In this document: piece after piece, positions 53,800 through 63,913 of the stretch
How positions within the stretch are numbered: the stretch's first letter is position 1
How the letters are laid out: each line of letters opens with the position of its first letter
Assembly (NCBI GenBank): GCA_963789265.1
Contig: CAWBKB010000001.1
Location: forward strand, 1,696,001-1,760,000
Direction of reading: 5' to 3'
Length of the DNA stretch: 64,000 nucleotides
Source of the DNA: an uncultured delta proteobacterium
GTDB taxonomy: Bacteria; Desulfobacterota; Desulfomonilia; Desulfomonilales; Desulfomonilaceae
The notes under the pieces: model-generated
Seen by the model: only the letters and a program-made list of their open reading frames with translations
The model's database searches: none
What the model was told of the DNA's origin: nothing
Made by a program: the position numbers and the translations under genes

Positions 53800-54135
53800 T
53801 CAATCGCGCGGCAAAGGACATTGCTTTACGGTTAGGCAAGATGAGATGAACTGACCCGCAGCCCAGATCCCTACGGCAAAGGTCCCGAAAGAAAATATTC
53901 CCAGCGAAAAAACTCCGACCGAGAAGATGCCGACAGAAAATAGGCCTGCGGAAAATATTCCGACGGAAAAAAGACCGGCTGACAGGACTCCGGTGCTAAA
54001 GAGACCTCCGGATAACCATCCCGAAGAAGTCGCTGCACTCGGCATGGAATTCGGAATAGGTGGAGCGATTAAACCTATGAGCAGCAAAATGATAAGGGCC
54101 GCCCAAATGATAATACTTACAGTACGCTGAGTCAC
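53800..54135 (-). CDS. Small membrane protein with G-x-F-S-x pentapeptide repeats
   Basis: N-terminal TM helix then ~11 tandem GxFSx-like units; AGGAGG RBS before GTG 54135. Confidence 0.7.
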   Translation of the reverse strand: MTQRTVSIIIWAALIILLLIGLIAPPIPNSMPSAATSSGWLSGGLFSTGVLSAGLFSVGIFSAGLFSVGIFSVGVFSLGIFSFGTFAVGIWAAGQFISSCLTVKQCPLPRD

Positions 54136-54313
54136 AACGATCCCCTCCTTTGAAATTTCCAAACGCAATTTTGCGGTCACCATCAATTCACCTGTTTCAG
54201 CATATCAGATCGTTGATTCGAACAACACATATTTCTGTAAAGTGCCGTGCAACGATCCGCATTCAAGCCGCCGGGAGAGCGCCGTCGATTACCGGCTAAC
54301 CCTCTAATGGCTT

Positions 54314-54347
54314 AGATTGCTTCGTCCTTTCACTCCTCGCGATGACA
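54314..54347. repeat. REP-like element
   Basis: AGATTGCTTCGTC..CTCCTCGCGATGACA, resembling a common intergenic palindrome class. Confidence 0.55.
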
Positions 54348-54403
54348 GAGAACCGAGAACTCTGCCTCGTACCAGAATGCATACAGTACCGGCTCCCCGG
54401 TCA

Positions 54404-54432
54404 TTGACCCCCAGAGCCAAGTGGGGTAAAAT
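54404..54432 (+). promoter_or_regulatory. Sigma70 promoter of the hem cluster
   Basis: TTGACC-17nt-TAAAAT, followed by AGGAGG and GTG 54458. Confidence 0.65.
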
Positions 54433-54457
54433 TATATGCTTTTCAGGAGGAACCCAC

Positions 54458-55138
54458 GTGAAGCCTTACCCAATCATGATGAGCCTCGCCGGCAAGCGCG
54501 TCATAGTGGTCGGTGGCGGACGGGTGGGCATGCGCAAGATCATGGGCCTTCTCGAAAGTGCAGCCAGCATAACCGTGATTGCCCCTGACCTGGAACCGGA
54601 ACTGCAAGATCTAGTACGGCAAGACCAGATCGAATGGGTGCCTGAAAGGTTCGACAAAACTCTCCTCGATAGGTACCCCGAAGCCGTCCTCGTGTTCGGC
54701 ACGACGGATCGGCGCGAAGTAAACATGGCCATTTATAGAGCATGCATGGACAGACAGATCCTGTGCAATATCGCGGACGTTCCCAACCTTTGCTCCTTCA
54801 TTGTCCCGGCAGTGATTACCCAAGGAGACCTTATGATAGCTGTCAGTACGGGCGGAGCGTCCCCCGCTTTGGCCCGTCGAATCAGAGAAGATCTGGAAAA
54901 GCACTACGGGCCTGAGTACGGTGAGATGACACGCGTTCTTGGAGAGCTAAGAAAACTTGTTCTTCGAACCGGCAGCTCGCCGGACGCGAATAAGAAAATC
55001 TTTCGAGAGATAGTGAGTTCTGAGATTTTAGCGGCTCTTCGAGAAAACGATCGCGAGCGCGTTCTGGAAATCTTGAAGGCAATATTGCCTCAGAATGTCG
55101 ATCCCGAGCCGGCCGTTGAGCAGAGGCCGAAGAATTGA
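54458..55138 (+). CDS. Precorrin-2 dehydrogenase/sirohydrochlorin ferrochelatase (SirC/Met8-like)
   Basis: YPI, VVGGGRVG.RK, NIADVP and VSTGGASPALA motifs. Confidence 0.9.
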   Translation: MKPYPIMMSLAGKRVIVVGGGRVGMRKIMGLLESAASITVIAPDLEPELQDLVRQDQIEWVPERFDKTLLDRYPEAVLVFGTTDRREVNMAIYRACMDRQILCNIADVPNLCSFIVPAVITQGDLMIAVSTGGASPALARRIREDLEKHYGPEYGEMTRVLGELRKLVLRTGSSPDANKKIFREIVSSEILAALRENDRERVLEILKAILPQNVDPEPAVEQRPKN

Positions 55139-55157
55139 GTCACGCTAGGATGCCGTA

Positions 55158-56009
55158 GTGGATCTGATCTTCTTTAAGCTTGCGATAGCGTTGTACTTGG
55201 CGGCCTCCGTGGCTTACGTTGTCTTCTTGATGATGTCATCGGGGAGCCGTGGCACACTAGGTTTCTGGTGCGCCCTGATTGGATTCGCGTCACATAGTCT
55301 ATCAATTCTTGACAGGGCGGTCTTTTCAGGATTCTTTCCTCTGGCAACGGCCTTTGACGCGCTGTCGTTGTTTGCCTGGCTCATAGTGGGCCTGTTTCTG
55401 GTTATGCGGTACCGAGATCCCAGCCCCATCTTCGGCGCGATTGCCGCGCCTATGGCTGCGGTGCTGATGCTCTTCGCATCAACGTTCTCCTATCAAGCCA
55501 AAGAGCCGCTCGTTCCCGTCATGAGAAGCTGGTGGCTACCCATCCACGTCATCTTTGCGCTTGCGGGCAATGGGGTGTTCGCACTAATGGCCATTAGCGG
55601 CCTCATGTACATAGTCCAGGAGCGCCTTATAAAAACCAAAAAGATAGGGAGGTTTCACAGGCTGCTCCCGTCATTGGAAGTTCTTGATGTTATCAACCGT
55701 CACGGCCTTCCTTTGGGGTTCTTTCTGCTGACCCTGGGGATCATTTCCGGGGCATTGTGGGCCGGTAGCGCCTGGGGCTCCTATTGGAGCTGGGATCCCA
55801 AGGAAACTTGGAGTCTTATCACCTGGTTCGCTTACGCGGCTATGGTTCACCAACGACTTGCACTCGGATGGCGGGGCAAGAAGGCTGCCGTACTTGCTCT
55901 AGTAGGATTTGCCCTTGTTATATTCACTTTCTTGGGAGTCAGCGCCCTGATGGGCGGACATCATGCCTTCAGCGTGATGCCCACGGGTATGGGGGCAAGC
56001 CGACCATGA
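55158..56009 (+). CDS. ccsA: Cytochrome c biogenesis protein CcsA/ResC-like
   Basis: Multi-TM; WWD motif GALWAGSAWGSYWSWDPKETWS. Confidence 0.9.
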   Translation: MDLIFFKLAIALYLAASVAYVVFLMMSSGSRGTLGFWCALIGFASHSLSILDRAVFSGFFPLATAFDALSLFAWLIVGLFLVMRYRDPSPIFGAIAAPMAAVLMLFASTFSYQAKEPLVPVMRSWWLPIHVIFALAGNGVFALMAISGLMYIVQERLIKTKKIGRFHRLLPSLEVLDVINRHGLPLGFFLLTLGIISGALWAGSAWGSYWSWDPKETWSLITWFAYAAMVHQRLALGWRGKKAAVLALVGFALVIFTFLGVSALMGGHHAFSVMPTGMGASRP

Positions 56010-57346
56010 AGGCTGAAATACTGGTCATTGGCCTCAACCATTCCACTGCACCGGTTCAAATCCGAGAGAAGATAACTTTTCCCGGAGACGAAAAGGGTGA
56101 AGTGACTCGGTCGTTGGCTGACGTGGATGGCGTTGAAGAGGCAATGATCTTGTCCACGTGCAACAGAGCGGAGATCATCGTAACAACCGAGGACCCGGTC
56201 GAGTTGAGCGAAAAACTCATCGAGCTCACAGGGTCGATCCACGGGCTGAATCCGGAACCGTTCCGAGCATTTCTCTATTCGAAAGCAGGGGAGGATGCGA
56301 TACGCCACGTCTTCCGGGTGGCCGCCAGCCTCGATTCGATGGTGGTCGGAGAGCCGCAAATTCTGGGCCAGGTCAAAGAGGGCTACAGGAGGGCCGCAAA
56401 TGTCAACGCAACCGGCCCGATTCTCAACCGCCTCATGCACAGAGCCTTCTTCACGGCCAAGAGAGTTCGGAACGAAACCGGCATAGGTATGGCGGCGGTC
56501 TCGGTAGCTTATGTGGCCGTAGAACTGGCAAAGAAAATCCTGGGCGAACTCCGAGACAAGACCGTTCTGTTGATCGGCGCAGGAGAAATGGCCGAACTGG
56601 CCGCGAAGCACCTGGCCGGCCACGTAGAACGCCCAATCATAGTAGTAAACCGGACCCTGGAAAACGCCTGTGATCTCGCCCGGCGCCTGTCAGGCGATGC
56701 GCTCTCCATGGAAATGCTTGAAGACGGACTTATCAAAGCCGACGTGGTGATAACTTCTACCGGGAGTTGCGAACCGGTGATCCGAATGGATCCGCTGAAG
56801 AGTGTCATGAGGAGGAGAAGGTATAGCCCTATTTTCATTATAGATATTGCCATGCCGCGAGATGTGGAACCAGCCGTAAACAACATCGACGGTGTGTACC
56901 TTTACAATATCGACGACCTGCAAGCAGTCGTGGAAGAGAACCTCGGCGAACGCCGCGAAGAGGCCCTCAGGGGAGAGCAGATCGTCGAGGAAGAAGTGGC
57001 GAAGTATCTCAGTTGGGCCAAGAGCTTGGATTCCACACCCACGATTGTGGCCCTCAAAGAGAAACTTGAGGCCATCAGAGCCGGTGAGATGGAGCGTATG
57101 AACGGAAAACTGGCGGCGCTGGACCCTTCTCAACGAGAAGCCGTGGAAATGGTTACTAGGTCCATTATCAACAAAATCGCCCATGACCCCATTGCGTACT
57201 TGAAAAAGGCCGGAGCCCGGTCCAAGCGAAATCTGTACCTGGACATGACGCAAAAACTGTTCAAGTTGGACGTGCTACCGGCTGACCCCGCCTGCGAGAA
57301 AGACGAATCGTTGGAAGATGAAGCTTACTATCGGAACGAGGGGTAG
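56006..57346 (+). CDS. hemA: Glutamyl-tRNA reductase
   Basis: GLNHSTAP, STCNRAE, SLDSMVVGEPQILGQ, GAGEM and DIAMPRD motifs. Confidence 0.96.
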   Translation: MKAEILVIGLNHSTAPVQIREKITFPGDEKGEVTRSLADVDGVEEAMILSTCNRAEIIVTTEDPVELSEKLIELTGSIHGLNPEPFRAFLYSKAGEDAIRHVFRVAASLDSMVVGEPQILGQVKEGYRRAANVNATGPILNRLMHRAFFTAKRVRNETGIGMAAVSVAYVAVELAKKILGELRDKTVLLIGAGEMAELAAKHLAGHVERPIIVVNRTLENACDLARRLSGDALSMEMLEDGLIKADVVITSTGSCEPVIRMDPLKSVMRRRRYSPIFIIDIAMPRDVEPAVNNIDGVYLYNIDDLQAVVEENLGERREEALRGEQIVEEEVAKYLSWAKSLDSTPTIVALKEKLEAIRAGEMERMNGKLAALDPSQREAVEMVTRSIINKIAHDPIAYLKKAGARSKRNLYLDMTQKLFKLDVLPADPACEKDESLEDEAYYRNEG

Positions 57347-58268
57347 TGCGCTCGCTCTATGGCAGGCTCGACACGTCGCCGCTGCCGTTGAGAAAGCGCA
57401 CTCAAACATCAGAGTCGAATTGATGACAGTGAAAACCCAGGGAGACAAGATCCTGGACACGCCTCTGGCCCAAATCGGCAATAAAGGGCTTTTCACCAAG
57501 GAGATCGAAGATGCGCTCCTGGCGGGAAAAGTGGATCTCGCCGTCCATTCCATGAAGGATTTACCCACGGATCTGCCCGCGGGTCTGGAAGTCGCAGCAG
57601 TTATGCAGCGCGAGGACCCAAGAGATGTTTTCATTTCAAAAGATGGCCGCGGCCTTAACGAATTGGAGAGTGGTGCGAGAATCGGCACGTCGAGCTTGAG
57701 GCGGAAGGCATTTCTTCTGAACCGCTTCCCTCACTTGGAAGTAATCTCAATCAGAGGAAATGTCGACACTCGCCTGAAGAAGATTGAGACCGAAAACCTT
57801 GCCGGCGTAATGCTCGCCGCGGCAGGAGTTCTCAGATTGGGTTACGGCGATCGTGTGACGGCTTTCATGGAGCAGGATTCGATGATTCCGGCTATAGGGC
57901 AGGGGGCTCTGGCAATCGAAACTCGAACGGACGATAATCGCACCTGGGATGTAGTGGCCGCCTTGAATCACGACGATACAGCTCAATGTGTTGGCGTTGA
58001 GCGAGCCTTCCTCAGAAGAATGGGAGGCGGCTGCCAGGTGCCGATGGCCGCGCACTGCGTCACGGATGGCGATCGCCTTAAGGTGATCGCCGCAGTTGTT
58101 CACCCGGACGGAGACCCCATGATTCGGGACCTTCTAGCAGGCCCGAGAGGAGAAGCCAGTACAGGATCCAAGCTTGCCGACATGCTCATAGAACGAGGCG
58201 CGGATCAGATTCTTCGAAGCGTCCTAGACCAGGACTGGGAACCGGGTCCGACAACCGATATCATCTAA
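57318..58268 (+). CDS. hemC: Hydroxymethylbilane synthase
   Basis: GTRGSALALWQ, GLFTKE, VHSMKD, GTSSLRR and GGCQVP motifs. Confidence 0.97.
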   Translation: MKLTIGTRGSALALWQARHVAAAVEKAHSNIRVELMTVKTQGDKILDTPLAQIGNKGLFTKEIEDALLAGKVDLAVHSMKDLPTDLPAGLEVAAVMQREDPRDVFISKDGRGLNELESGARIGTSSLRRKAFLLNRFPHLEVISIRGNVDTRLKKIETENLAGVMLAAAGVLRLGYGDRVTAFMEQDSMIPAIGQGALAIETRTDDNRTWDVVAALNHDDTAQCVGVERAFLRRMGGGCQVPMAAHCVTDGDRLKVIAAVVHPDGDPMIRDLLAGPRGEASTGSKLADMLIERGADQILRSVLDQDWEPGPTTDII

Positions 58269-58361
58269 TGGAGCGGAGCGACCTTATTGAAATCGTGAGC
58301 CATTCCAGTGGCTGCACCTTGCACTTTCAGAGATATCGCGAGGGTGAACTAGGAATCTTTC

Positions 58362-59921
58362 ATGCAAAGACAAAATCCGGAAATGGAGAATTCGCGTTCC
58401 GCTCCAGGCACGGTTTGCCTTGTGGGCGCGGGCCCGGGCGACCCAGGTTTGATAACGGTCAAAGGTCTGGATAAGATCAGAGCCGCGGATGTCATCGTGT
58501 ATGACTATTTGGCAGGATCGGAACTGCTCGAAGAAGCCCGAGAGGATGCCGAACTGATCTATGTGGGGAAGAAGGGTAAGGATCACACCCTGGAACAAGC
58601 CGACATCAATGATCTTTTAGTCCGTAAGGCAAATGAGGGCAAGAGCGTCGTTAGATTAAAAGGCGGAGATCCTTACGTTTTTGGTCGAGGAGGCGAGGAA
58701 GCGGAACAATTGGTCGAAGCCGGAATCCCATTCGAGGTCGTTCCGGGAGTAACTTCTGCCGTAGCCGCACCCGCTTATGCAGGCATCCCGGTAACTCATC
58801 GGGATCACGCGTCAATGATTACGTTCATCACGGGTCACGAAGATCCCTCCAAAGACGAATCCGCCATAGATTGGGATGTGTTGGCACGCAACCCCGGGAC
58901 ATTGGTCTTTCTCATGGGCGTTAAGAATCTTCGCAATATATCTGAATCGCTTATAAAATACGGCAAGCCTGCGCTTACGCCTGCTGCACTGGTCAGATGG
59001 GGAACAACTCCGCAGCAGATCTCCATTATTTCGACCCTTGGCGAAATCCCGCTTGAAGCCGAACACAAGGAACTGAAGCCACCCGCAGTTCTGATTGTTG
59101 GGTCGGTGGTCAACCTCCGTAAAAAGCTGGAATGGTTCGAAAGCAAACCGCTCTTCGGGAAAAAGATTCTCATAACCCGTAGCCGCGAGCAATCGAAAAG
59201 GATGGCCGACAAGATTTTCGAGCACGGCGGAGAGCCGATCCTCTTCCCCACTATAAGCATATTGCCTCCATCAGATCCTGGCCCTCTCGATCAGGCAATT
59301 GGCAAAATTCAGACCTTCCACTGGGTGCTTTTCACTTCTGCAAATGGAGTAGAGAAGTTCTTGCAAAGATTCTTTGAGCTCAAAGACGACATACGAGACA
59401 TGGCTGGTCCCAAAATCGGAGCTATTGGGCCTATGACTGCCGCAGCGATTCGCCGGTACGGCCTGAAGGTAGATCTCCAGGCAAAGGAGTTCGTAGCGGA
59501 AGGGGTCCTGGATGCGCTCGAAGAAGCCGAGGTTAAGGGAAAGAAATTTCTCATACCCAGGGCTGAGTCTGCGCGGGAGGTCCTTCCTGAGGGCATCTCT
59601 CGCGCTGGTGGCGAGGTAGAAGTGGTCAGCGTTTACCGAACCGGGCTCCCCGAAAGAGGAGACGTCGAGAAGATCCGGACAATGCTGATCCGAAAGCAGG
59701 TCGATGCAGCCACATTTACTTCCTCTTCTACGGTCACTCACTTGACCAACATGATCGGAACCGATTTGCCCAGCCTGCTGGACGGAACCGTCGTGGCTTC
59801 CATTGGGCCGATAACCTCCCGAACATTAAGAGAAAACGGATTGCCGGTCCACGTGGAGGCATCGGAGTACACTATTGATGGGTTAGTTAGCGCCCTCGCG
59901 AAATACTTCAAGCCGGTCTAA
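58362..59921 (+). CDS. cobA: Uroporphyrinogen-III C-methyltransferase / uroporphyrinogen-III synthase fusion (CobA-HemD)
   Basis: GAGPGDPGLIT and RLKGGDP methyltransferase motifs; HemD part ILITR, FTSANGV, FTSSST. Confidence 0.93.
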   Translation: MQRQNPEMENSRSAPGTVCLVGAGPGDPGLITVKGLDKIRAADVIVYDYLAGSELLEEAREDAELIYVGKKGKDHTLEQADINDLLVRKANEGKSVVRLKGGDPYVFGRGGEEAEQLVEAGIPFEVVPGVTSAVAAPAYAGIPVTHRDHASMITFITGHEDPSKDESAIDWDVLARNPGTLVFLMGVKNLRNISESLIKYGKPALTPAALVRWGTTPQQISIISTLGEIPLEAEHKELKPPAVLIVGSVVNLRKKLEWFESKPLFGKKILITRSREQSKRMADKIFEHGGEPILFPTISILPPSDPGPLDQAIGKIQTFHWVLFTSANGVEKFLQRFFELKDDIRDMAGPKIGAIGPMTAAAIRRYGLKVDLQAKEFVAEGVLDALEEAEVKGKKFLIPRAESAREVLPEGISRAGGEVEVVSVYRTGLPERGDVEKIRTMLIRKQVDAATFTSSSTVTHLTNMIGTDLPSLLDGTVVASIGPITSRTLRENGLPVHVEASEYTIDGLVSALAKYFKPV

Positions 59922-59942
59922 TGTGACACCTGATTTAGATTG

Positions 59943-60021
59943 GTGGGACAGTCCCGCGAGGCGCGGGACAGCCTGTCGAATGGGAATGACGGGCAACTCC
60001 GCGTTTCGCGGGACACCCTAC
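59943..60021. repeat. Inverted REP-like doublet between convergent genes
   Basis: GTGGGACAGTCCCGCGAGGCGCGGGACAGCCTGTC plus an inverted partner ending CCCTAC; related to 6827-6861. Confidence 0.7.
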
Positions 60022-60074
60022 TGTGATGAAGTACTATTCGTTTGAAAGCGCGTTTGCCTGGCTGCACAACCGGT

Positions 60075-61244
60075 TTATCGTCTTTGACGTTCGGCAACTT
60101 CCTTAAATATACCAAGCATTAGCTGGTGGTTAGCCTGCGCGGTATAAGCTGAAGCTGTCTGCCTTGCCGCTTGAGAGGCTGATTTTAATTGTCCCGGCTG
60201 AAGAAAACGCTCCATGGCATGGGCCATTTCATCTATATTCCTGGGATGATGCAGTACCACTCCGTCTCCACCGTCGTGGATTATTCCTGCGGCGCCGTTG
60301 AACGCCGTAGTGATCGCAGGCAACCCCGCAGCCATGGCCTCGAAGACCACCAAAGAGCACGCGTCGTAAAAGGTCGGCAGGACAAAGACGTCACTCGCGT
60401 TGTAAAAGGCTTCCGGCTCTTTGGTTGCGCCCGGGAACACAACCACTTGACTTAATCGCAATTTGTCGAGCAATCGTTGAAGGCTAGGGGAGGGTTGGGC
60501 CCCTACCGCTACCACGCCAAAGCGACCCTTACCGACTCGATCCCTAAGTCTCCCGGCAGCCTCGACCAGATACCTGAGACCTTTCTTTCTGAAATCATAG
60601 GCCAGAAAAAGGAACAAAACTTCATTATCAAACCCAAGTCTCTTTCGCCATTCCAGTCGCCGGTCCAGGTTACCCGAAGCGAACCTGGTCGGATCAATCC
60701 CGTTGTACACAAGTCTTATATCTCTCTTATCGACGCGAAAGTAATCGGCCATATCGTTCCTGACCATGTCTGAAATGGCAATAATAACGGGATGCTTGGT
60801 CATTCTGAAAGGCGCGGATTCTATCCATGCTCGGGCATGGTACTTTGGTGTCGCTAGCATAGCGACTAGCTTCAACCACCGCTTCACGGGGTTCCGTATG
60901 GCCTGAACTTTCCTGACATTGCTTATGAAATGGACACCTCCGTGAGACTGGTACACATTCATCGTCAAAGTATTTCCGAAGCCCAAGACCACATCGAATT
61001 CTTCACCGACTATCATTCTCCGGTGCCGGAGCGCAAATGCCATTATCCTTATGGAAGGGGGAATCCAGCGAGGGAGCTTCGGAATCGAGTGGAAGACAGC
61101 TCCGGCAGGTAGACCATCCCACGTGTGGCCGTACAGATGGACTTCCCAGCCTCGTGAAACCAGCGTCTCTGCCAGCGAAACTGCGTAAGATTCAGCGCCG
61201 CCTCCATGACGGCTGAAATTCTCCATTGCGATAGCAATTTTCAT
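60075..61244 (-). CDS. Glycosyltransferase family 4 (LPS core, RfaG-like)
   Basis: GGAE, YNGID, KGL and PTFYDACSLVVFEAMAAGLP motifs. Confidence 0.9.
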   Translation of the reverse strand: MKIAIAMENFSRHGGGAESYAVSLAETLVSRGWEVHLYGHTWDGLPAGAVFHSIPKLPRWIPPSIRIMAFALRHRRMIVGEEFDVVLGFGNTLTMNVYQSHGGVHFISNVRKVQAIRNPVKRWLKLVAMLATPKYHARAWIESAPFRMTKHPVIIAISDMVRNDMADYFRVDKRDIRLVYNGIDPTRFASGNLDRRLEWRKRLGFDNEVLFLFLAYDFRKKGLRYLVEAAGRLRDRVGKGRFGVVAVGAQPSPSLQRLLDKLRLSQVVVFPGATKEPEAFYNASDVFVLPTFYDACSLVVFEAMAAGLPAITTAFNGAAGIIHDGGDGVVLHHPRNIDEMAHAMERFLQPGQLKSASQAARQTASAYTAQANHQLMLGIFKEVAERQRR

Positions 61245-61307
61245 CGGGTCACCGAGGGGTCTGAATGACAGGGAAGATGAAACCCTCTCAAAACTATTTT
61301 GATGTTG

Positions 61308-61399
61308 CCCTCACCCCGACCTTCTCCCAGAGGGAGAGGGAGCTTTACAAAGCAGCTATCATAGCCCCTTCGCCCTTTGGGAGAGGGTCAGGCTGAGGG
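61308..61399. repeat. CCCTCACCCC-type inverted REP pair
   Basis: CCCTCACCCCGACCTTCTCCCAGAGGGAGAGGG followed by the inverted CCCCTTCGCCCTTTGGGAGAGGGTCAGGCTGAGGG. Confidence 0.75.
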
Positions 61400-61482
61400 A
61401 ATTTCGTGATACGATTTCATTCTGTTCACGGGTTTTGAGACACCTTCAGGTGCCCGTCCCACCAAATGTCGTTGCTCGAAAC

Positions 61483-62274
61483 TTATTTCTTGTCGTCAAT
61501 AATGAGACTCTTTTCCCAAGCTTTGGCATGCTTGAGGAAGACGTAAAACGCACTATTGACGGCAATTACGATTCCCGGTATGCCATCGAGGAAGCCCTTT
61601 TTCCATACTGCACATTCCAAAAACTTGCCCGCGGCATGGAGGAGACCCAGAAAAATGTGTGCCGCTGACGCAGAACCTTTACGATGATCGGCACTCACTG
61701 TAGAGAAACGATTGATCGTGTTCATCTGGTCGGAAATGTCGCGGTACACGTAATGAAGCAGCGGATGCTCCAGTTCCTTCACTATGCCGAATACTTCGAG
61801 CCTTTCGTGTAGGCCGTCTCCCGCCCAGCGACCGCGCCCTTTCCGGACGAGCCGGACCTTCCTGTCAGGGTACCATCCACCGTGACGGATCCACCTGTTA
61901 AGATACCGGCTTAAGCGCGGCATGGAAAATCCGGCGATATCCGGCCCGGCGCTCTTAATCGCGGCCAGGATCTCGTCAGCGGACTCCTCGGATAAAGCCT
62001 CGTCCCCATCCATATTGAGAATCCATCTGCCTTGAGCCGTTTCCAAGGCAAACTGCTTCTGCGCAGCGTATCCCTTCCACTCATTATGCACGACCCGAGC
62101 CCCGCGAGATTGGCATATCTCTACTGTGCCGTCAGAGCTTCCCGAATCCACGACAAGGACCTCATCGGCAATTGAGGCGCTGGAAAGCAGCCGGCCGATT
62201 CGGTCTGCTTCGTTCTTTGTTATGACAACCAGACTGAGGAGGAGGACCTCGCTGGATCGTGGAGGATTACTCAT
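61483..62274 (-). CDS. Glycosyltransferase family 2 (KdtX/WaaE-like)
   Basis: ITKNEA, VDSGSSDGT, MDGDE, GGWYPD, HE and GFLDG motifs. Confidence 0.9.
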   Translation of the reverse strand: MSNPPRSSEVLLLSLVVITKNEADRIGRLLSSASIADEVLVVDSGSSDGTVEICQSRGARVVHNEWKGYAAQKQFALETAQGRWILNMDGDEALSEESADEILAAIKSAGPDIAGFSMPRLSRYLNRWIRHGGWYPDRKVRLVRKGRGRWAGDGLHERLEVFGIVKELEHPLLHYVYRDISDQMNTINRFSTVSADHRKGSASAAHIFLGLLHAAGKFLECAVWKKGFLDGIPGIVIAVNSAFYVFLKHAKAWEKSLIIDDKK

Positions 62275-62418
62275 GGCAACAAATGATAGAAACGGTCGAG
62301 CCCATTGTCAATTCATCTTTGGCGCGGTCGGATGTACACCCAGGTAACCGGTGCGGATGTCAGAGTTAACATAATATATCTTATCGGACGTCATGCACGG
62401 AACTGACGGCTCATGATC

Positions 62419-62826
62419 TCAATGTGCCATTTGATTCAACGGATTCACCCGAACCTCAATGCCTATGGTACGAATGATCTCAGCAACCTCCTCAGCGTCC
62501 TGCTCGGGTCCGTGACCAACCACACGAGAACCGAGATGATCCACCTCCCAGGCTATGGCAAATGCCTGCTCCTCACTGATGCCCAGGGCCTGTATGGTTA
62601 TTTGCATGACCTCTTGGTACGTGTTGTAGTCATTGTCAATAATTCGGATTTCGTAGAGAGCTTCAGAGTCACCGTCCGCGTCGTCCCGAGGTCGGCCCCC
62701 AACTCTAATGAGAGGAAAACGTCGGCTGGTATAACAATGGAGAGGAAACGAGGCATCCCCATAAAAGAAAATCCTCTCTGCAGAAAACTCGCTGTCCTGC
62801 CGATGCATTGGCCGCGTATGCTCCAT
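62419..62826 (-). CDS. ClpS-like adaptor protein
   Basis: IRIIDNDYNTYQEV..AFAIAWEVDHLGSRVV ClpS core; start uncertain. Confidence 0.75.
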   Translation of the reverse strand: MEHTRPMHRQDSEFSAERIFFYGDASFPLHCYTSRRFPLIRVGGRPRDDADGDSEALYEIRIIDNDYNTYQEVMQITIQALGISEEQAFAIAWEVDHLGSRVVGHGPEQDAEEVAEIIRTIGIEVRVNPLNQMAH

Positions 62827-62856
62827 GATTGTAAGGAATTATTGACCGCAAGGATG

Positions 62857-63249
62857 CTATTCGACTTTTAGGCTCAACTCAGGTTGGATCTTGAATGTCT
62901 TGGAAATCGTGCATCCTTTGGCAATTGCGGTAAAACCTTTGGTCTTCTCTCCCAGTTGGCTGACCACATTTCGGATGGTCACATCAATTCTCGAGATCCT
63001 ATCAGGCTTCTCCTCGTACTCCCATGACACTTCCGCTTCGATGTCACGCAACTCCATCTTGTGGCGTCGAGCGGCCCAGACTACACCCGTAAGCACCTGG
63101 CAGGATGCCAAGGCAGTCGCGGTCAATTCCGAGGGATTAGGGCCTGAATCCTCACCTCCGAACTTTTCCTTCAGATCCACGATAAAGCTCCATCTCTCGG
63201 AGATGACTTCCATTTTTCTGGGTCCGATTTGTCTGAGCTTAAGATTCAT
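62857..63249 (-). CDS. OsmC/Ohr-family protein
   Basis: GGEDSGPNPSEL..ALASC and second Cys in GCTISKT; GAAGGAAG before ATG 63249. Confidence 0.85.
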   Translation of the reverse strand: MNLKLRQIGPRKMEVISERWSFIVDLKEKFGGEDSGPNPSELTATALASCQVLTGVVWAARRHKMELRDIEAEVSWEYEEKPDRISRIDVTIRNVVSQLGEKTKGFTAIAKGCTISKTFKIQPELSLKVE

Positions 63250-63328
63250 CTGTGCTTCCTTCAAATGGATCACGGATCTGACAAAGCCTAGATCCGTGGG
63301 ACCCAAGATCTGACGTTGGCCGTATGCT

Positions 63329-63371
63329 GGGTGCCACTGACCTGGCCCCGAGGATTGCCGCCAGGTCAGTG
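63329..63371. repeat. GGGTGCCACTG-family REP variant
   Basis: GGGTGC-CACTGACCTGGC-N13-GCCAGGTCAGTG; same leader as the arms at 35953. Confidence 0.65.
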
Positions 63372-63418
63372 CTGGTTTAGCAACCAATCGAGGTTCCATG
63401 ATTGAGAGCGAACCGCTG

Positions 63419-63913
63419 TCATAGTCTGCCGCCGGGAAAGAGTTCCAAAGCCCTTTCCAGGTCCGAGACCCTGAAGATAAAAAGAGCAGATTCGCTGTCC
63501 GAAAAACCCGATCCATAGGTATAGGAAATATTTATCCCTGCATCGCCTAATTTCCGTGAGACCTTGTTCAGTATTCCTGGCTTATTTTCCAAAACAAGTC
63601 CTATGACGTCGTGCATCTTAACTTGATACCCGCTCTTAGCCAAGACCTCCACGGCTTTGTCCGGATTGTCCGTGATTAGGCGGATCATCGAGTACTTAGC
63701 TGATTCCTTCAGTATTGCCTCGTAGTAATCCCGAGGCGCGACCCGTCGTCCAGTATGACTCCGGACATCGTAGAGAGCCAGAAGGTACTCATTCGCATCC
63801 TGGATGCTCATGGCCTCGATATTGACGTGTTCGTCCTTGAGAAGGGCCGTGAGTTTGGCCAGTTCTCCAGGCGCGTCCGCGAGCATTACTTCTAGCTGTC
63901 GTTTCACAGGCAT
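63419..63913 (-). CDS. Tandem ACT-domain protein
   Basis: LADAPGELA..VNIEAMS and LENKPGIL..GINISYTY ACT motifs. Confidence 0.85.
   Translation of the reverse strand: MPVKRQLEVMLADAPGELAKLTALLKDEHVNIEAMSIQDANEYLLALYDVRSHTGRRVAPRDYYEAILKESAKYSMIRLITDNPDKAVEVLAKSGYQVKMHDVIGLVLENKPGILNKVSRKLGDAGINISYTYGSGFSDSESALFIFRVSDLERALELFPGGRL

Noticed and set aside
55158..56009. ccsA inside the heme biosynthesis cluster as a novelty
   Set aside because: The sirC-ccsA-hemA arrangement is common in deltaproteobacteria.
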